Shown here: positions 27,903-37,773 of the stretch, in pieces
How the letters are laid out: the number at the start of each line of letters is the position of its first letter
Numbering within the stretch: position 1 is the stretch's first letter
Source: a virus
Taxonomy: Duplodnaviria; Caudoviricetes
Virus record (IMG/VR): IMGVR_UViG_2890449678_000009
Span: 14,840-78,839 of that record
DNA length: 64,000 nt
Reading direction: 5' to 3' (one strand)
Position numbers and translations under genes: made by a program
Notes under the pieces: generated by a model
What the model was told of the DNA's origin: nothing
What the model saw: the letters and a program-made list of their open reading frames with translations, nothing else
The model's database searches: none

Positions 27903-29321
27903 ATGGGTGATCTTAGCTTTGGCTTGAGTGGCCTTGCAGGGCCTGAACTTTCCGCTTTGGGTGGGGGCATGGCCGGTGGGCTGCTCAGCCGCTTTGCCAA
28001 TTATGCCTCTCTCGGTGGTGTATCTTTTGCCGTCATTGACTCTAAAGAAGAGATTGGCCGACGCATTAACCGCGTGCTGTTCCCTGACCTCCCGCCCAGC
28101 AAGCAGGTCTTTCAAGATTTTGGCGCGATTGATACGCCCATCACCATTACCGGCGTCATTGTGGGTGATGATTACGTCATTCGTGCCACGCGAATGCGCA
28201 AAACCCTCGCCAAACCGGGGCGAATGACGCTGTTGCACCCTTGGTGGGGGCGACTGAAAGTGCGCCTCGTCCACCCCGCACAGATTAGCTTTAGCGAGCG
28301 CCAAATCCGTGTGGCCCATTTCCAAGCGGTTGTGGTGCGCGACCCCGACCCGCCCGCTAAAAAAGGGTTCTTCGGGTCGCTCATTGATACGGTTAATGAC
28401 CTGCTTGAACAAGCGGACGGCTTGATGGATGACGTTCAAGAGGCCGTAGCTTCTGTGCTTTCTGCCGTCTCGCTGCCCTTAGCGTTGGTCAATTCTGTGT
28501 CATCGCTGATCTCTCAAGGGTCTGGGATATGGGATAGCCTGACTGAACGCGCGCCCGAGCCGATCAAGGCGGCCATGACCGCTCCGCAAGCGGCGATGAA
28601 CACGGCCATTGTGCCGCCCCAACGCAATATCGACCAAAGCTATGCCAACGCTGTGTCAGCGGCTTTGATCGCCGTGCCTGCCTCCTTAGCGGGCTGTGTC
28701 AGCACGGAAGAGAGCAGCGTGATCGCGCCTGTGTCTGAAGGAACAGACCGTGACGGAACCGCCGACAATGAGCCCATCACCGGACAGCAGATCGCGTCTC
28801 TTCTCCTTGCTGGGTCTGAACAATTTGGACAGCTTGCTGATCGTCTCAGCCAAAGCAACCCCGACCCGTCCGCCGTCCTCGCCTTGGGCGTTGCCGCGCG
28901 AGCGGTGCTTGTCAGTCAGCTGGCCTCCGCCTGGGCCGATTGTGTCTTTGTCAGCAATGAAGACGCCCAAGCTCTGCTCACTCAAATAACAGACGCCATT
29001 GACGGGCTGACCAATGATGTCGTGGCCGCCAGTGGTGGGCAGACACGCGTTGCCTTGCAGCCGCTTTTTACCCGCCTGCAAAAGCTGCGCTGTGCGTTCA
29101 TCAATGACGGTTCTGCTCAAATTGGCTCCCTGCCGACGGTCGTGGATGTGCCTGTCGCCGTGCCGCGTTCGCTATGGGCGCTGACATACGCGTTGCAGGG
29201 CGATGATGTGAGCACGGTTCAGCCCATGCTCGATGATGCGGTGAGCCGTAACGCCATCCTCCATCCCGGCCATGTCGGCCCCACCACATTGGCGATGTTG
29301 GAGAATGACAATGAGTTCTGA
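27903..29321 (+). CDS. DNA circularization protein (Mu gpN-like)
   Basis: ASLGGVSFAV....GRR...FP...QDFG...I.G..VGDD...L..PG..TLLHPWWG; C-terminal RNAI.HPG. Confidence 0.9.
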   Translation: MGDLSFGLSGLAGPELSALGGGMAGGLLSRFANYASLGGVSFAVIDSKEEIGRRINRVLFPDLPPSKQVFQDFGAIDTPITITGVIVGDDYVIRATRMRKTLAKPGRMTLLHPWWGRLKVRLVHPAQISFSERQIRVAHFQAVVVRDPDPPAKKGFFGSLIDTVNDLLEQADGLMDDVQEAVASVLSAVSLPLALVNSVSSLISQGSGIWDSLTERAPEPIKAAMTAPQAAMNTAIVPPQRNIDQSYANAVSAALIAVPASLAGCVSTEESSVIAPVSEGTDRDGTADNEPITGQQIASLLLAGSEQFGQLADRLSQSNPDPSAVLALGVAARAVLVSQLASAWADCVFVSNEDAQALLTQITDAIDGLTNDVVAASGGQTRVALQPLFTRLQKLRCAFINDGSAQIGSLPTVVDVPVAVPRSLWALTYALQGDDVSTVQPMLDDAVSRNAILHPGHVGPTTLAMLENDNEF

Positions 29322-30618
29322 GCATATTGTTGTCCACCGGAACCGTGTGGCGAACCTCTTTCTTGGTGGGAAAGAATGTCTGTTCTGGCAGTCCCTTGAG
29401 GTCGGGATGGACCTCGGCAATCTCGCCAGCATCTGGCGGGCGGAGCTGCGGCTTCCCGTGCCACTTCCCAAAGGGGCCATGCCCAAGATTGGGCAGTCTG
29501 TGCGTATTGAGATTGCGGGGCAACCGATCTTAAAAGGCTGGCTGGAGGCGATTAACACGCGCGGTGACGACCATAGTCTGAGCGTGACCGTCTCGGGTCG
29601 TGATCTGGCGGGTGATCTCGTCGATTGCGCGGCCCAAGCGCAAGGGCCGGGCCGGATGGATAAGGTTAGGCTTGAAGCCATCGTGGGCACTCTCTCCCAA
29701 CCCTTTGGCCTATCGGTGCAATCGGTGGTGGATACGGGCGCTCCCTTTGAGGTGGTGGCCTTTGACACGAGTGCGAAGGCCATTGATGTCATTGAGCAAC
29801 AATCGCGCCAGCGCGGGGTGTTGGTGACATCCAACGGGTTGGGTCGTTTGCTACTGACCAAGCCCGGTTCCACACGGGCGGAAGAAAAGATCGTCTATCC
29901 CGGTGGGAATGTGCGGGCGATGGAAGCGCGGATCACGCAGCGCTTTTCGGACCATATCGTTAAAGCACAAGGCCGCTCGCGCCATCGCGGCACCAAAGCG
30001 CCGCTTTTCCCCGGTTTGGCGGCAGGTAGTCCGGCCCGCATTAAAGGCATGGGCGCTCATGAAGAGCGAGCAGCTTGCCAGTTTGGTTATTGCCATGATG
30101 GCGGTGTGGGCCGCTATCGCCCACGGGTCTATCTGGCACGAACGAGTAGCGACCAACATCCTCAGCTTTCGCGCTCTGGAGATGCTCTAGACACGCTCCT
30201 CACACAGTCCCAGCGCCAGAAGAAGCCGGGCTATCGCAAAGCGACTGCTCCTACACAAGCTGAAACCAAGCCCCGGAAAGCAGGTCAGCCTTATTCGCTG
30301 GACGACCAAGCGGCATGGCGGATGCGCACGTCACGCGCGGGCGCTACCGCCTTTATTTACACCGTGCCCAGCCTGACGACATCGACAGGCGCTCTATGGC
30401 GGCCCAATCAGCTCGTCCATGTGACCGACCATGTGAATGGGATTGATGGCGATATGCTGATTGCCGGGGTGACGTGGTCGATCAATGAGCGCGAGATGAG
30501 CACCAAGCTCTCTGTCGTGCCGCCCGATGCGTATGACCTGACAGGCCAAGCTGACCGCACGCCCCGCCATGGACGTTCTGTGCGTAAAGCGGGTTTAGCT
30601 GGGAGGCATAAACGATGA
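29311..30618 (+). CDS. Baseplate hub (Mu gp44/gpP)
   Basis: VSGRDLAGDLVDC, LVTSNG.G.L.L, RFS..IVK.Q, LWRPNQLV.V. Confidence 0.9.
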   Translation: MSSEHIVVHRNRVANLFLGGKECLFWQSLEVGMDLGNLASIWRAELRLPVPLPKGAMPKIGQSVRIEIAGQPILKGWLEAINTRGDDHSLSVTVSGRDLAGDLVDCAAQAQGPGRMDKVRLEAIVGTLSQPFGLSVQSVVDTGAPFEVVAFDTSAKAIDVIEQQSRQRGVLVTSNGLGRLLLTKPGSTRAEEKIVYPGGNVRAMEARITQRFSDHIVKAQGRSRHRGTKAPLFPGLAAGSPARIKGMGAHEERAACQFGYCHDGGVGRYRPRVYLARTSSDQHPQLSRSGDALDTLLTQSQRQKKPGYRKATAPTQAETKPRKAGQPYSLDDQAAWRMRTSRAGATAFIYTVPSLTTSTGALWRPNQLVHVTDHVNGIDGDMLIAGVTWSINEREMSTKLSVVPPDAYDLTGQADRTPRHGRSVRKAGLAGRHKR

Positions 30619-31151
30619 CTGTCTTGGACATCTACCACACCATTCGTTCGCAAATTCTGCGTGCTGTGGTCAAAGCACTAGATGATAGCGGACCTGAGCA
30701 GCGCGTGGCGCTGAAGACCCATGCAGGCCAAGAACGCACCGCGATCCCCGTGCATTACCCGTTCGGTTTTGGAGCGCATGTGCCACTCGATGGCGCGGTG
30801 ACGCATGTGCTTCAAAATGGCAGCGACCCATCGGACCTCGTGGCGATGCCGCCCTCCAATCCGGGAGCGGCCCGGTTGGGCGGCCTGCAAGAAGGCGAAA
30901 GCGTGCTTTATGATAGCGTCGGGCAGCGTGTCCTTCTCAAATCTGGGCAGATGGTCGAGATTGACGCAACACAGGCCGTCAATGTGAAAATCGCCGGGAA
31001 ACCCGTCATGACCGTGACAGAGGCCGGTGTGCAGATTAACGGGATTGTACAAGCCAGCGGCGATGTCACAGCAGGATCAATCTCGCTTCAGCATCATGTG
31101 CATGGCGGTGTGCAAGTGGGCGGCGGAACAAGCAAAGGACCAACATCATGA
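30615..31151 (+). CDS. Baseplate spike (Mu gp45)
   Basis: L.EGES.LYD..G; C-terminal ISLQHHVHGGV (HxH). Confidence 0.9.
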   Translation: MTVLDIYHTIRSQILRAVVKALDDSGPEQRVALKTHAGQERTAIPVHYPFGFGAHVPLDGAVTHVLQNGSDPSDLVAMPPSNPGAARLGGLQEGESVLYDSVGQRVLLKSGQMVEIDATQAVNVKIAGKPVMTVTEAGVQINGIVQASGDVTAGSISLQHHVHGGVQVGGGTSKGPTS

Positions 31152-31672
31152 CCGTTAGTCGATCAGCGTATCTCTGGCTTTTGGATGAGAAAAAGAAACT
31201 GGCAGAGGAAGGGTATAAGGAAATCATGGCTTCTTATGAGCAGCTTAAAGCGCGGCTCTTGAGTATCTTGACCTTTTCAATTACGCTCAGTTCAGCCTGT
31301 TACACAGGAGCCGCAACAGGTGGAACTTATTCACCGCTATGTCTGCTTATGGCGCTAGGCTTTACGGGCACTGCTTTTCTATGCGGTTTAGGACTTTATC
31401 CAACACCGGTCCGAACAAAGAACGTAAAGACTGATGCTCTAGATATTGTGTTAAATGTGGAGCCTGCTGTCGAGAGTAAGGAAGATACCTATAAGCGTCT
31501 TACATATTTTATTGAAACAACTTCTCTGGAAAATGCCCGTAGCCTTAGCAAAGATCGCCGCTATTTAAAGCGTGCATGGCAAGTGCTTATTGGCACGCCA
31601 TTTGTATCATTTCTTTTGGTCTGTATGGGACGGCTTGTCATCTGGATAGTGTATTGGGAGGGTTGGGCCTAA
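31148..31672 (+). CDS. Membrane moron protein with PycTM-like topology
   Basis: Lower GC; KA..LL-TM1-TM2-P-linker-helix-K...L..A-TM3; inserted between gp45 and gp46. Confidence 0.55.
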   Translation: MTVSRSAYLWLLDEKKKLAEEGYKEIMASYEQLKARLLSILTFSITLSSACYTGAATGGTYSPLCLLMALGFTGTAFLCGLGLYPTPVRTKNVKTDALDIVLNVEPAVESKEDTYKRLTYFIETTSLENARSLSKDRRYLKRAWQVLIGTPFVSFLLVCMGRLVIWIVYWEGWA

Positions 31673-31816
31673 AATGACTTCTCCTAACCCTTTACTATGA
31701 AGGGTCACTCTCTCCTGCGACGCATAACTATTACGTTCATCATGTTCAGCCGCCTTTAAAATATCAGTAGCACTTGGCTTTTCATTGGATGGTTTCGTTT
31801 TATTACTGTCACTCAT
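31607..31816 (-). CDS. Small hypothetical protein convergent with the membrane moron
   Basis: GCAGGAGGG RBS before ATG; 69 aa. Confidence 0.45.
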   Translation of the reverse strand: MSDSNKTKPSNEKPSATDILKAAEHDERNSYASQERVTLHSKGLGEVILGPTLPIHYPDDKPSHTDQKK

Positions 31817-31919
31817 GAGGCCCTCCTGCAAAATAAAGCCATTATGAGAGGGAGTCGTGTCAATATTTCCGGCATTGAAGAGAGTATAAAACACCCTTCA
31901 AACACCGTTTTCACCCCCA

Positions 31920-31977
31920 TTTCGGGGTATAGGTTGGAGTCCTGAAAGTTCATACAGACCTTCCGTAATGTGTCTGT
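31920..31977 (+). promoter_or_regulatory. Mu-like late promoter copy 3
   Basis: TTTCGGGGTATAGGTTGGAGTCCTGAAA with TAATGT at +46, inside the CATACAGAC/GTCTGTATG stem. Confidence 0.78.
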
Positions 31978-32478
31978 ATGACACGACGTTCCTTCTTTTC
32001 CACCATTGCTGTCGCGCCCAATGCTGATGGGCGTGCTGACTTGGTCATTACCCCCACCGGCGGTGGCGGGGGGCGCGTGTCATTTGACACAACGCTTTCC
32101 TCCCCTTTGCTGATCGCTCTTTCTGCTGATCGGCGGGCGGCGCCTGATGATGTGGTGCCGCCTTTGCTGACCGCCCCGACAGGCACCGCAACACCCTTTG
32201 GGGCGAAACGTGGCTGGGTGGGTGATGTTCTACTCACCGATGGGCAACGGCTCGGCTCCAAGCTTTGGCTGCTTGAGCGAGCCAAGCGCTCCGAGGCCAC
32301 ACGGTTGGATGCTGAAGATTACGCCCATGAGGCCGTCGCTGCCATTGGCGCTTATCACAACATTGATCTGTCCGTTGAAGCAACGTGGCAGCCCGCCACG
32401 GCTGGCATAGTGCGAGCGCTGACCGTGCGGGTTTCTGCTGGGGAAAGTTCGGCTTTTAGAAAGGTGCCGACGCTATGA
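31978..32478 (+). CDS. Baseplate protein (Mu gp46)
   Basis: L..DRRA, RGWVGD, GSKLWLLERAK, AE.YA.EA. Confidence 0.92.
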   Translation: MTRRSFFSTIAVAPNADGRADLVITPTGGGGGRVSFDTTLSSPLLIALSADRRAAPDDVVPPLLTAPTGTATPFGAKRGWVGDVLLTDGQRLGSKLWLLERAKRSEATRLDAEDYAHEAVAAIGAYHNIDLSVEATWQPATAGIVRALTVRVSAGESSAFRKVPTL

Positions 32479-33557
32479 GTCTGTCCATTCCGACACCGCA
32501 AGAGTTAGCGCAACGAATTGTCACGTCACTTGCCCAACAGAGCTTTACCGCCAGCGATGGTTCAATCGTTCGGCTCGATGCCACAGCACCGGGCACGTTT
32601 GAACAAGTGCTTTCTGTGGTTTTAGCGTTGGGAGATTATGAGACTTATCTCTTCCTTCAAGGCCGCGCGCTGGAATTTCTGCCCTCAACGGCGACTGTCG
32701 GCAATGGGGGGCTCCTCCCTGTTCATGCCGATATCTGGGGCGTGCCGCGCATTGGCCCGCAAGCTTCTGTTGGACGTGTGGTGGTTAGTGCCACGCAAGA
32801 CGTCACGATACCGCAAGGGGCATTGCTGACCGTTGATGGCTCAGTTCAATGGGCGCTCAATGAGGCTGCAACGGTCTCGGCCAATGGGTCGGCCTCTCTT
32901 GCTGTGACCTGCACCACGACAGGCACAGCGGGCAATCTGACAGCCAATACGCCGCTCAGTTTTGTGTCTCCCATCGCGGGCATCAGCAGCGTTGGTGTCG
33001 ATCAAGACGGGCTGGCTGGAGGGGCTGACAGTGAACCCGTGGAAAGCTGGCGGTCACGTATCATTGATAAAATCCGCAACCCTTATAATGGCGGCACCGC
33101 ACAGGATTATCGCACTTGGGCGTTGGCTGCTGGGGTAGCGTTGGTTCATGTCGTGCCCTCCTACACGGGGGCTGGCACTGTGGGTGTGATTGTGGCTATG
33201 AGCGGCCCGCGTGTGCCGACCTCTGAAGAGCTCGCGCGTGTTCAAGCCTATATCGACGAGCGCCGCCCCATTCGTGGCAATGCCACCGTCTATGGCGCGA
33301 CTTTTATACCACAAACCCCCATTGTGCGGCTTGGTTTGGATAATCAGCCCAACCGGCAAAAGGTGCAGGCCGCTTTGGCGGCCATCATCGACGGGGTGGG
33401 CATTGGCGGCACCTTATATGTCGAAGCGCTCCAAGCCGCCCTCTTTGACACGGTGGGGGCGCAATCTCAGCTGCTGAACCCCGGTGCTGACATCACGTTC
33501 GCCGCCAATGAGATGCCCGTCATAGACGCGGTTCAATGGGTGGAGAAAACGCCATGA
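32475..33557 (+). CDS. Baseplate J-like wedge protein (Mu gp47)
   Basis: G.AGN, GGAD.E..ESWR.R, GG...DY..WA, GAGTV.V. Confidence 0.92.
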   Translation: MSLSIPTPQELAQRIVTSLAQQSFTASDGSIVRLDATAPGTFEQVLSVVLALGDYETYLFLQGRALEFLPSTATVGNGGLLPVHADIWGVPRIGPQASVGRVVVSATQDVTIPQGALLTVDGSVQWALNEAATVSANGSASLAVTCTTTGTAGNLTANTPLSFVSPIAGISSVGVDQDGLAGGADSEPVESWRSRIIDKIRNPYNGGTAQDYRTWALAAGVALVHVVPSYTGAGTVGVIVAMSGPRVPTSEELARVQAYIDERRPIRGNATVYGATFIPQTPIVRLGLDNQPNRQKVQAALAAIIDGVGIGGTLYVEALQAALFDTVGAQSQLLNPGADITFAANEMPVIDAVQWVEKTP

Positions 33558-34183
33558 GTGCGCTCAACGCCCCACGGTCAGCTTCTGAAATTGCCCGCCA
33601 ATGGCGCGAAGAACTCATGCCAAACGGCTCGGCACTCGGCGGGCCGAATATGAGCGCCCTCATGGCCGCTCTGGCTGGCCCGCGTGACGTGCTGGAAGGC
33701 GACATTGCCTCTGTCTGTCGTGAAATATGCCCCGCTGACGCGCACACTCTCTTGGCTGATTACCGCGACCTCTTAGGGCCTGACCCGTTCGGACGCGACA
33801 CGGGCACCTTAAGCGATACTGAATGGCGCACAATCCTACAGCAACGCTGGACGGCGCGAGGCGATCAACGGCCCGCTTTCTATATCGCGCTGGCCAAAAG
33901 CTGGGGCATCGATATTACCATTGAAGAGCCCGATGCGCCCATTTGTGGCGTGACGACCTGCGGCACGCAAGCCTGCGGGGATGAGGCGTTGCGGTTTATG
34001 TGGATTGTCCATCTCCCCTCCGGCATCACGCAGGCGATCTGTGGAGCGGTTCAATCGGGGCGGGCGCAATGCAAGCAAAATGACAGCAATGTCTATGCCC
34101 ATCTTCAAGCCGTATTTCGGCAGCTCAAGCCCGCAGATACCGAGGTGTATTTCATTCATAAAGGAGACTGGATTGATGGCTAA
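33554..34183 (+). CDS. Baseplate protein (Mu gp48 / DUF2313)
   Basis: L.P.G.A, E..P..A..LL.DY..LLG, FYI.LA...G..ITI.E, KPA.T. Confidence 0.85.
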   Translation: MSALNAPRSASEIARQWREELMPNGSALGGPNMSALMAALAGPRDVLEGDIASVCREICPADAHTLLADYRDLLGPDPFGRDTGTLSDTEWRTILQQRWTARGDQRPAFYIALAKSWGIDITIEEPDAPICGVTTCGTQACGDEALRFMWIVHLPSGITQAICGAVQSGRAQCKQNDSNVYAHLQAVFRQLKPADTEVYFIHKGDWIDG

Positions 34184-37100
34184 TCCGCAATGGCCGAGCT
34201 TCCCCGGCGTGCCGAATATGACAACGGATGCGGACGGACGCCCGCAGCCACAAGACCTCATTCCCGGTAAGCAGCTCGGCACGCCGCTGGATGCCGCATT
34301 TATCGGGCGTATTATTCGCGCTTTGTGCGACTTACGTGACGCGATTGATGACGACGAGGGAAATAAAGTGAACCGCTCAGGCGACACGATGTCGGGCGAT
34401 TTGACGATCAGTGGCGCGGCATCGTGGGCGAACACATTATTCGGCGGAAAATGCGTCAGTGTTGTCGCTGGTCAAAAGTCTAACAGCTACCTGCAAACGC
34501 AGATCGTCAACGGCAACACCGTTGCGGTCATTGGGGTGCAAGACAATGACGGGGCGTGGCATAATTGGAGCTTTAACGCCGTTGATGGAACAGCTACGAC
34601 GCCAAGCGGAAAAATCCTCGCAACTACGGACGCTATCGCCACTGAGACACAACGTGCGGAGAATGCCGAGGCGGCATTGTTGCCCCTCTCTGGCGGCACG
34701 ATAACGGGGGCACTTTATTCAGGTGGAATGTTCCAGCAAGGCGATCTGGAACTGACGCAGCCTATCGGAGCGGCTTTAGCGGACGAACAGTTCTTTCTTC
34801 AGCTTGTGAACGATACCAAATCCAGCACAACATGGGGACGGCTTGTCCTGCGCGATGGTAGTGGGAATTTCCATGTGCCCATCCAAGTCGACAACCATGA
34901 CAAGACGACTATCAATGGGACATTGAACGTCACAGGACAGGCCGGGTTTCAAAGCTCCGTATTGTCTCAAGGCACGTTCCAGCAGGGCGATCTTCAAATG
35001 ACGATGCCTATTGGCGCTGGCTTTTGGGACATGCAGTTCTTCCTCCAGCTTGCCAATAATGCCAAAACAAGCACGACCTACGGGCGGCTTGTTTTGAAAG
35101 ACAATGGCGGCAATTACTTCGTCGCGCTTCAAATCGACAATCATGGGCATGTTACGGACGCGCAAGGGCGCGACTTCCTCACCAAACCTGAAGCGCAGGC
35201 CGCTTATTTGCCGCTGTCAGGTGGGAACCTCACGGGGGCGCTTTATTCAACAGGCACATTCCAACAGGGAAGCCTTGAGCTGACCCAGCCGGTCGGAGCG
35301 GCTTTAGCGGACGAACAGTTCTTCCTTCAACTCGTCAATGAAACGAAAAACGGAACAACCTGGGGACGGCTTGTCCTGCGTGATGGTGGTGGAAATTTCC
35401 ATGTGCCCATCCAAGTCGATAACCATGACAATACGACCGTCAATGGGACGTTGAACGTCACAGGACAGGCCGGGTTTCAAAGCTCTGTCTTGTCCCAAGG
35501 CACGTTCCAGCAAGGCGATCTGCAAATGACGATGCCTATTGGCGCTGGCTTTTGGGACATGCAGTTCTTCCTCCAGCTTGCCAATAATGCCAAAACGGGC
35601 ACCACCACCGGGCGTCTTGTTTTAAAAGACAATGGCGGCAATTACTTCGTCGCGCTTCAAATCGACAATCATGGGCATGTTACGGACGCGCAAGGGCGCG
35701 ACTTCCTCACCAAACCTGAAGCGCAGGCCGCTTATTTGCCGCTGTCAGGTGGGAACCTCACGGGGGCGCTTTATTCAACAGGCACATTCCAACAGGGAAG
35801 CCTTGAGCTGACCCAGCCGGTCGGAGCGGCTTTAGCGGACGAACAGTTCTTCCTTCAACTCGTCAATGAAACGAAAAACGGAACAACCTGGGGACGGCTT
35901 GTCCTGCGTGATGGTGGTGGAAATTTCCATGTGCCCATCCAAGTCGATAACCATGACAATACGACCGTCAATGGGACGTTGAACGTCACAGGACAGGCCG
36001 GGTTTCAAAGCTCTGTCTTGTCCCAAGGCACGTTCCAGCAAGGCGATCTGCAAATGACGATGCCTATTGGCGCTGGCTTTTGGGACATGCAGTTCTTCCT
36101 CCAGCTTGCCAATAATGCCAAAACGGGCACCACCACCGGGCGTCTTGTTTTAAAAGACAATGGCGGCAATTACTTCGTCGCGCTTCAAATCGACAATCAT
36201 GGGCATGTTACGGACGCGCAAGGGCGCGACTTCCTCACCAAACCTGAAGCGCAGGCCGCTTATTTGCCGCTGTCAGGTGGGAACCTCACGGGGGCGCTTT
36301 ATTCAACAGGCACATTCCAACAGGGAAGCCTTGAGCTGACCCAGCCGGTCGGAGCGGCTTTAGCGGACGAACAGTTCTTCCTTCAACTCGTCAATGAAAC
36401 GAAAAACGGAACAACCTGGGGACGGCTTGTCCTGCGTGATGGTGGTGGAAATTTCCATGTGCCCATCCAAGTCGATAACCATGACAATACGACCGTCAAT
36501 GGGACGTTGAACGTCACAGGACAGGCCGGGTTTCAAAGCTCTGTCTTGTCCCAAGGCACGTTCCAGCAAGGCGATCTGCAAATGACGATGCCTATTGGCG
36601 CTGGCTTTTGGGACATGCAGTTCTTCCTCCAGCTTGCCAATAATGCCAAAACGGGCACCACCACCGGGCGTCTTGTTTTAAAAGACAATGGCGGCAATTA
36701 CTTCGTCGCGCTTCAAATCGACAATCATGGGCATGTTACGGACGCGCAAGGGCGCGACTTCCTCACCAAACCTGAAGCGCAGGCCGCTTATTTGCCGCTG
36801 TCAGGTGGGAACCTCACGGGGGGGCTCACCATAACGGAGGCCAATAACTGGGGCTTTGGACGTGGTGGCGGCCTGTCATCGCTGGCGATGGGCGATGGTC
36901 CCGAACGTTTCTATCAGCAAGTCTATCGTCCCAAGGGCGGCTTAACTCAAGGCGTTCTCGGCGTTGCGGATGAAACAGGCGACCGGCAATGGAAGCTGCA
37001 AGCTAATGGCGCGATTGTGACACCCTCTGGCAATACCCTACCTGAAGTGCGCGGGGTTCCGGGGCGCGTTGTCACACAATATTTCCGTATCACGAACCTT

Positions 37101-37340
37101 GCCAATGTGAACTACATTCCGTTTCCTGTGGCGTTTGCAGCATCTGACCCGGTGAATGAAATATTCATCACCTATGGATACGGATATAACAGTAACGGAG
37201 GGATGGGTGAGAGTTCTGTTCTTTACATCTACAAACAAAAAACAACCAATAGCGGCTTTTGGATTGATCGGAGCGCAAGTGGCTTTCAAGACGCCGCTTT
37301 TGACGTGGCGGTCACTGGGCCTATGGGAGCACCAGCATGA
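34176..37340 (+). CDS. Tail fibre protein (about 1054 aa) with four 176-aa repeats
   Basis: AAGGAG RBS; V.RSGDTMSGDL and LPLSGG.LTG fibre motifs; C-terminal IPFPVAF tip; followed by a chaperone. Confidence 0.9.
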   Translation: MANPQWPSFPGVPNMTTDADGRPQPQDLIPGKQLGTPLDAAFIGRIIRALCDLRDAIDDDEGNKVNRSGDTMSGDLTISGAASWANTLFGGKCVSVVAGQKSNSYLQTQIVNGNTVAVIGVQDNDGAWHNWSFNAVDGTATTPSGKILATTDAIATETQRAENAEAALLPLSGGTITGALYSGGMFQQGDLELTQPIGAALADEQFFLQLVNDTKSSTTWGRLVLRDGSGNFHVPIQVDNHDKTTINGTLNVTGQAGFQSSVLSQGTFQQGDLQMTMPIGAGFWDMQFFLQLANNAKTSTTYGRLVLKDNGGNYFVALQIDNHGHVTDAQGRDFLTKPEAQAAYLPLSGGNLTGALYSTGTFQQGSLELTQPVGAALADEQFFLQLVNETKNGTTWGRLVLRDGGGNFHVPIQVDNHDNTTVNGTLNVTGQAGFQSSVLSQGTFQQGDLQMTMPIGAGFWDMQFFLQLANNAKTGTTTGRLVLKDNGGNYFVALQIDNHGHVTDAQGRDFLTKPEAQAAYLPLSGGNLTGALYSTGTFQQGSLELTQPVGAALADEQFFLQLVNETKNGTTWGRLVLRDGGGNFHVPIQVDNHDNTTVNGTLNVTGQAGFQSSVLSQGTFQQGDLQMTMPIGAGFWDMQFFLQLANNAKTGTTTGRLVLKDNGGNYFVALQIDNHGHVTDAQGRDFLTKPEAQAAYLPLSGGNLTGALYSTGTFQQGSLELTQPVGAALADEQFFLQLVNETKNGTTWGRLVLRDGGGNFHVPIQVDNHDNTTVNGTLNVTGQAGFQSSVLSQGTFQQGDLQMTMPIGAGFWDMQFFLQLANNAKTGTTTGRLVLKDNGGNYFVALQIDNHGHVTDAQGRDFLTKPEAQAAYLPLSGGNLTGGLTITEANNWGFGRGGGLSSLAMGDGPERFYQQVYRPKGGLTQGVLGVADETGDRQWKLQANGAIVTPSGNTLPEVRGVPGRVVTQYFRITNLANVNYIPFPVAFAASDPVNEIFITYGYGYNSNGGMGESSVLYIYKQKTTNSGFWIDRSASGFQDAAFDVAVTGPMGAPA
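34680..36821 (+). repeat. Tandem 528-bp repeat x4 (units start at 34680, 35208, 35736 and 36264; partial unit at 36792)
   Basis: Units 2-4 look identical by eye and unit 1 is diverged; each unit has two related halves. Confidence 0.95.
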
Positions 37341-37771
37341 CAAATGACGCAGAAAACAAGCAGAACGAACAGGCGCAAACTCAAGCTCAAAACGCTGTGT
37401 TTGGGTATTATGGCTATGTTAATCCCACAACGAAGATTGTTGGGCCGCTCATGTCGTTCTTTGGCAAGCCTAACGATATGACGCATTTTGTCGCGCTTAC
37501 CAAAGAGCAATATGACTATTGGTATGGCCGCCATTGCCGTGTTGGTTCAGATGGGGCGCTGGAAGAATACATACCACCAGCACCCCCTCTGAAACCGCAA
37601 GCTCAAGAGGCCATGCAGAAGGTGCAGCAGCAAGCGAGTATGGTTTCGGCTATGGGAGAGGTCTTTGGGCCTAAAATGCGCGATTACGTGAAGGCGTTAC
37701 GCGCCATTCTCGATGGCTCGGACACGACCAGCACGACACTGCCAGCCGCACCTGATGATGTGACAGCGTAA
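37337..37771 (+). CDS. Tail fibre assembly chaperone
   Basis: Follows fibre; C-terminal Y..ALRAI..G.DTTST.LP..P, homologous to 49351-49830. Confidence 0.8.
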   Translation: MTNDAENKQNEQAQTQAQNAVFGYYGYVNPTTKIVGPLMSFFGKPNDMTHFVALTKEQYDYWYGRHCRVGSDGALEEYIPPAPPLKPQAQEAMQKVQQQASMVSAMGEVFGPKMRDYVKALRAILDGSDTTSTTLPAAPDDVTA

Positions 37772-37773
37772 CC

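Noticed and set aside
34680-36821. CRISPR-like array or invertible G segment
   Set aside because: The repeats are 528-bp in-frame coding units with no spacers; there are no cas genes, invertase or inverted crossover sites.
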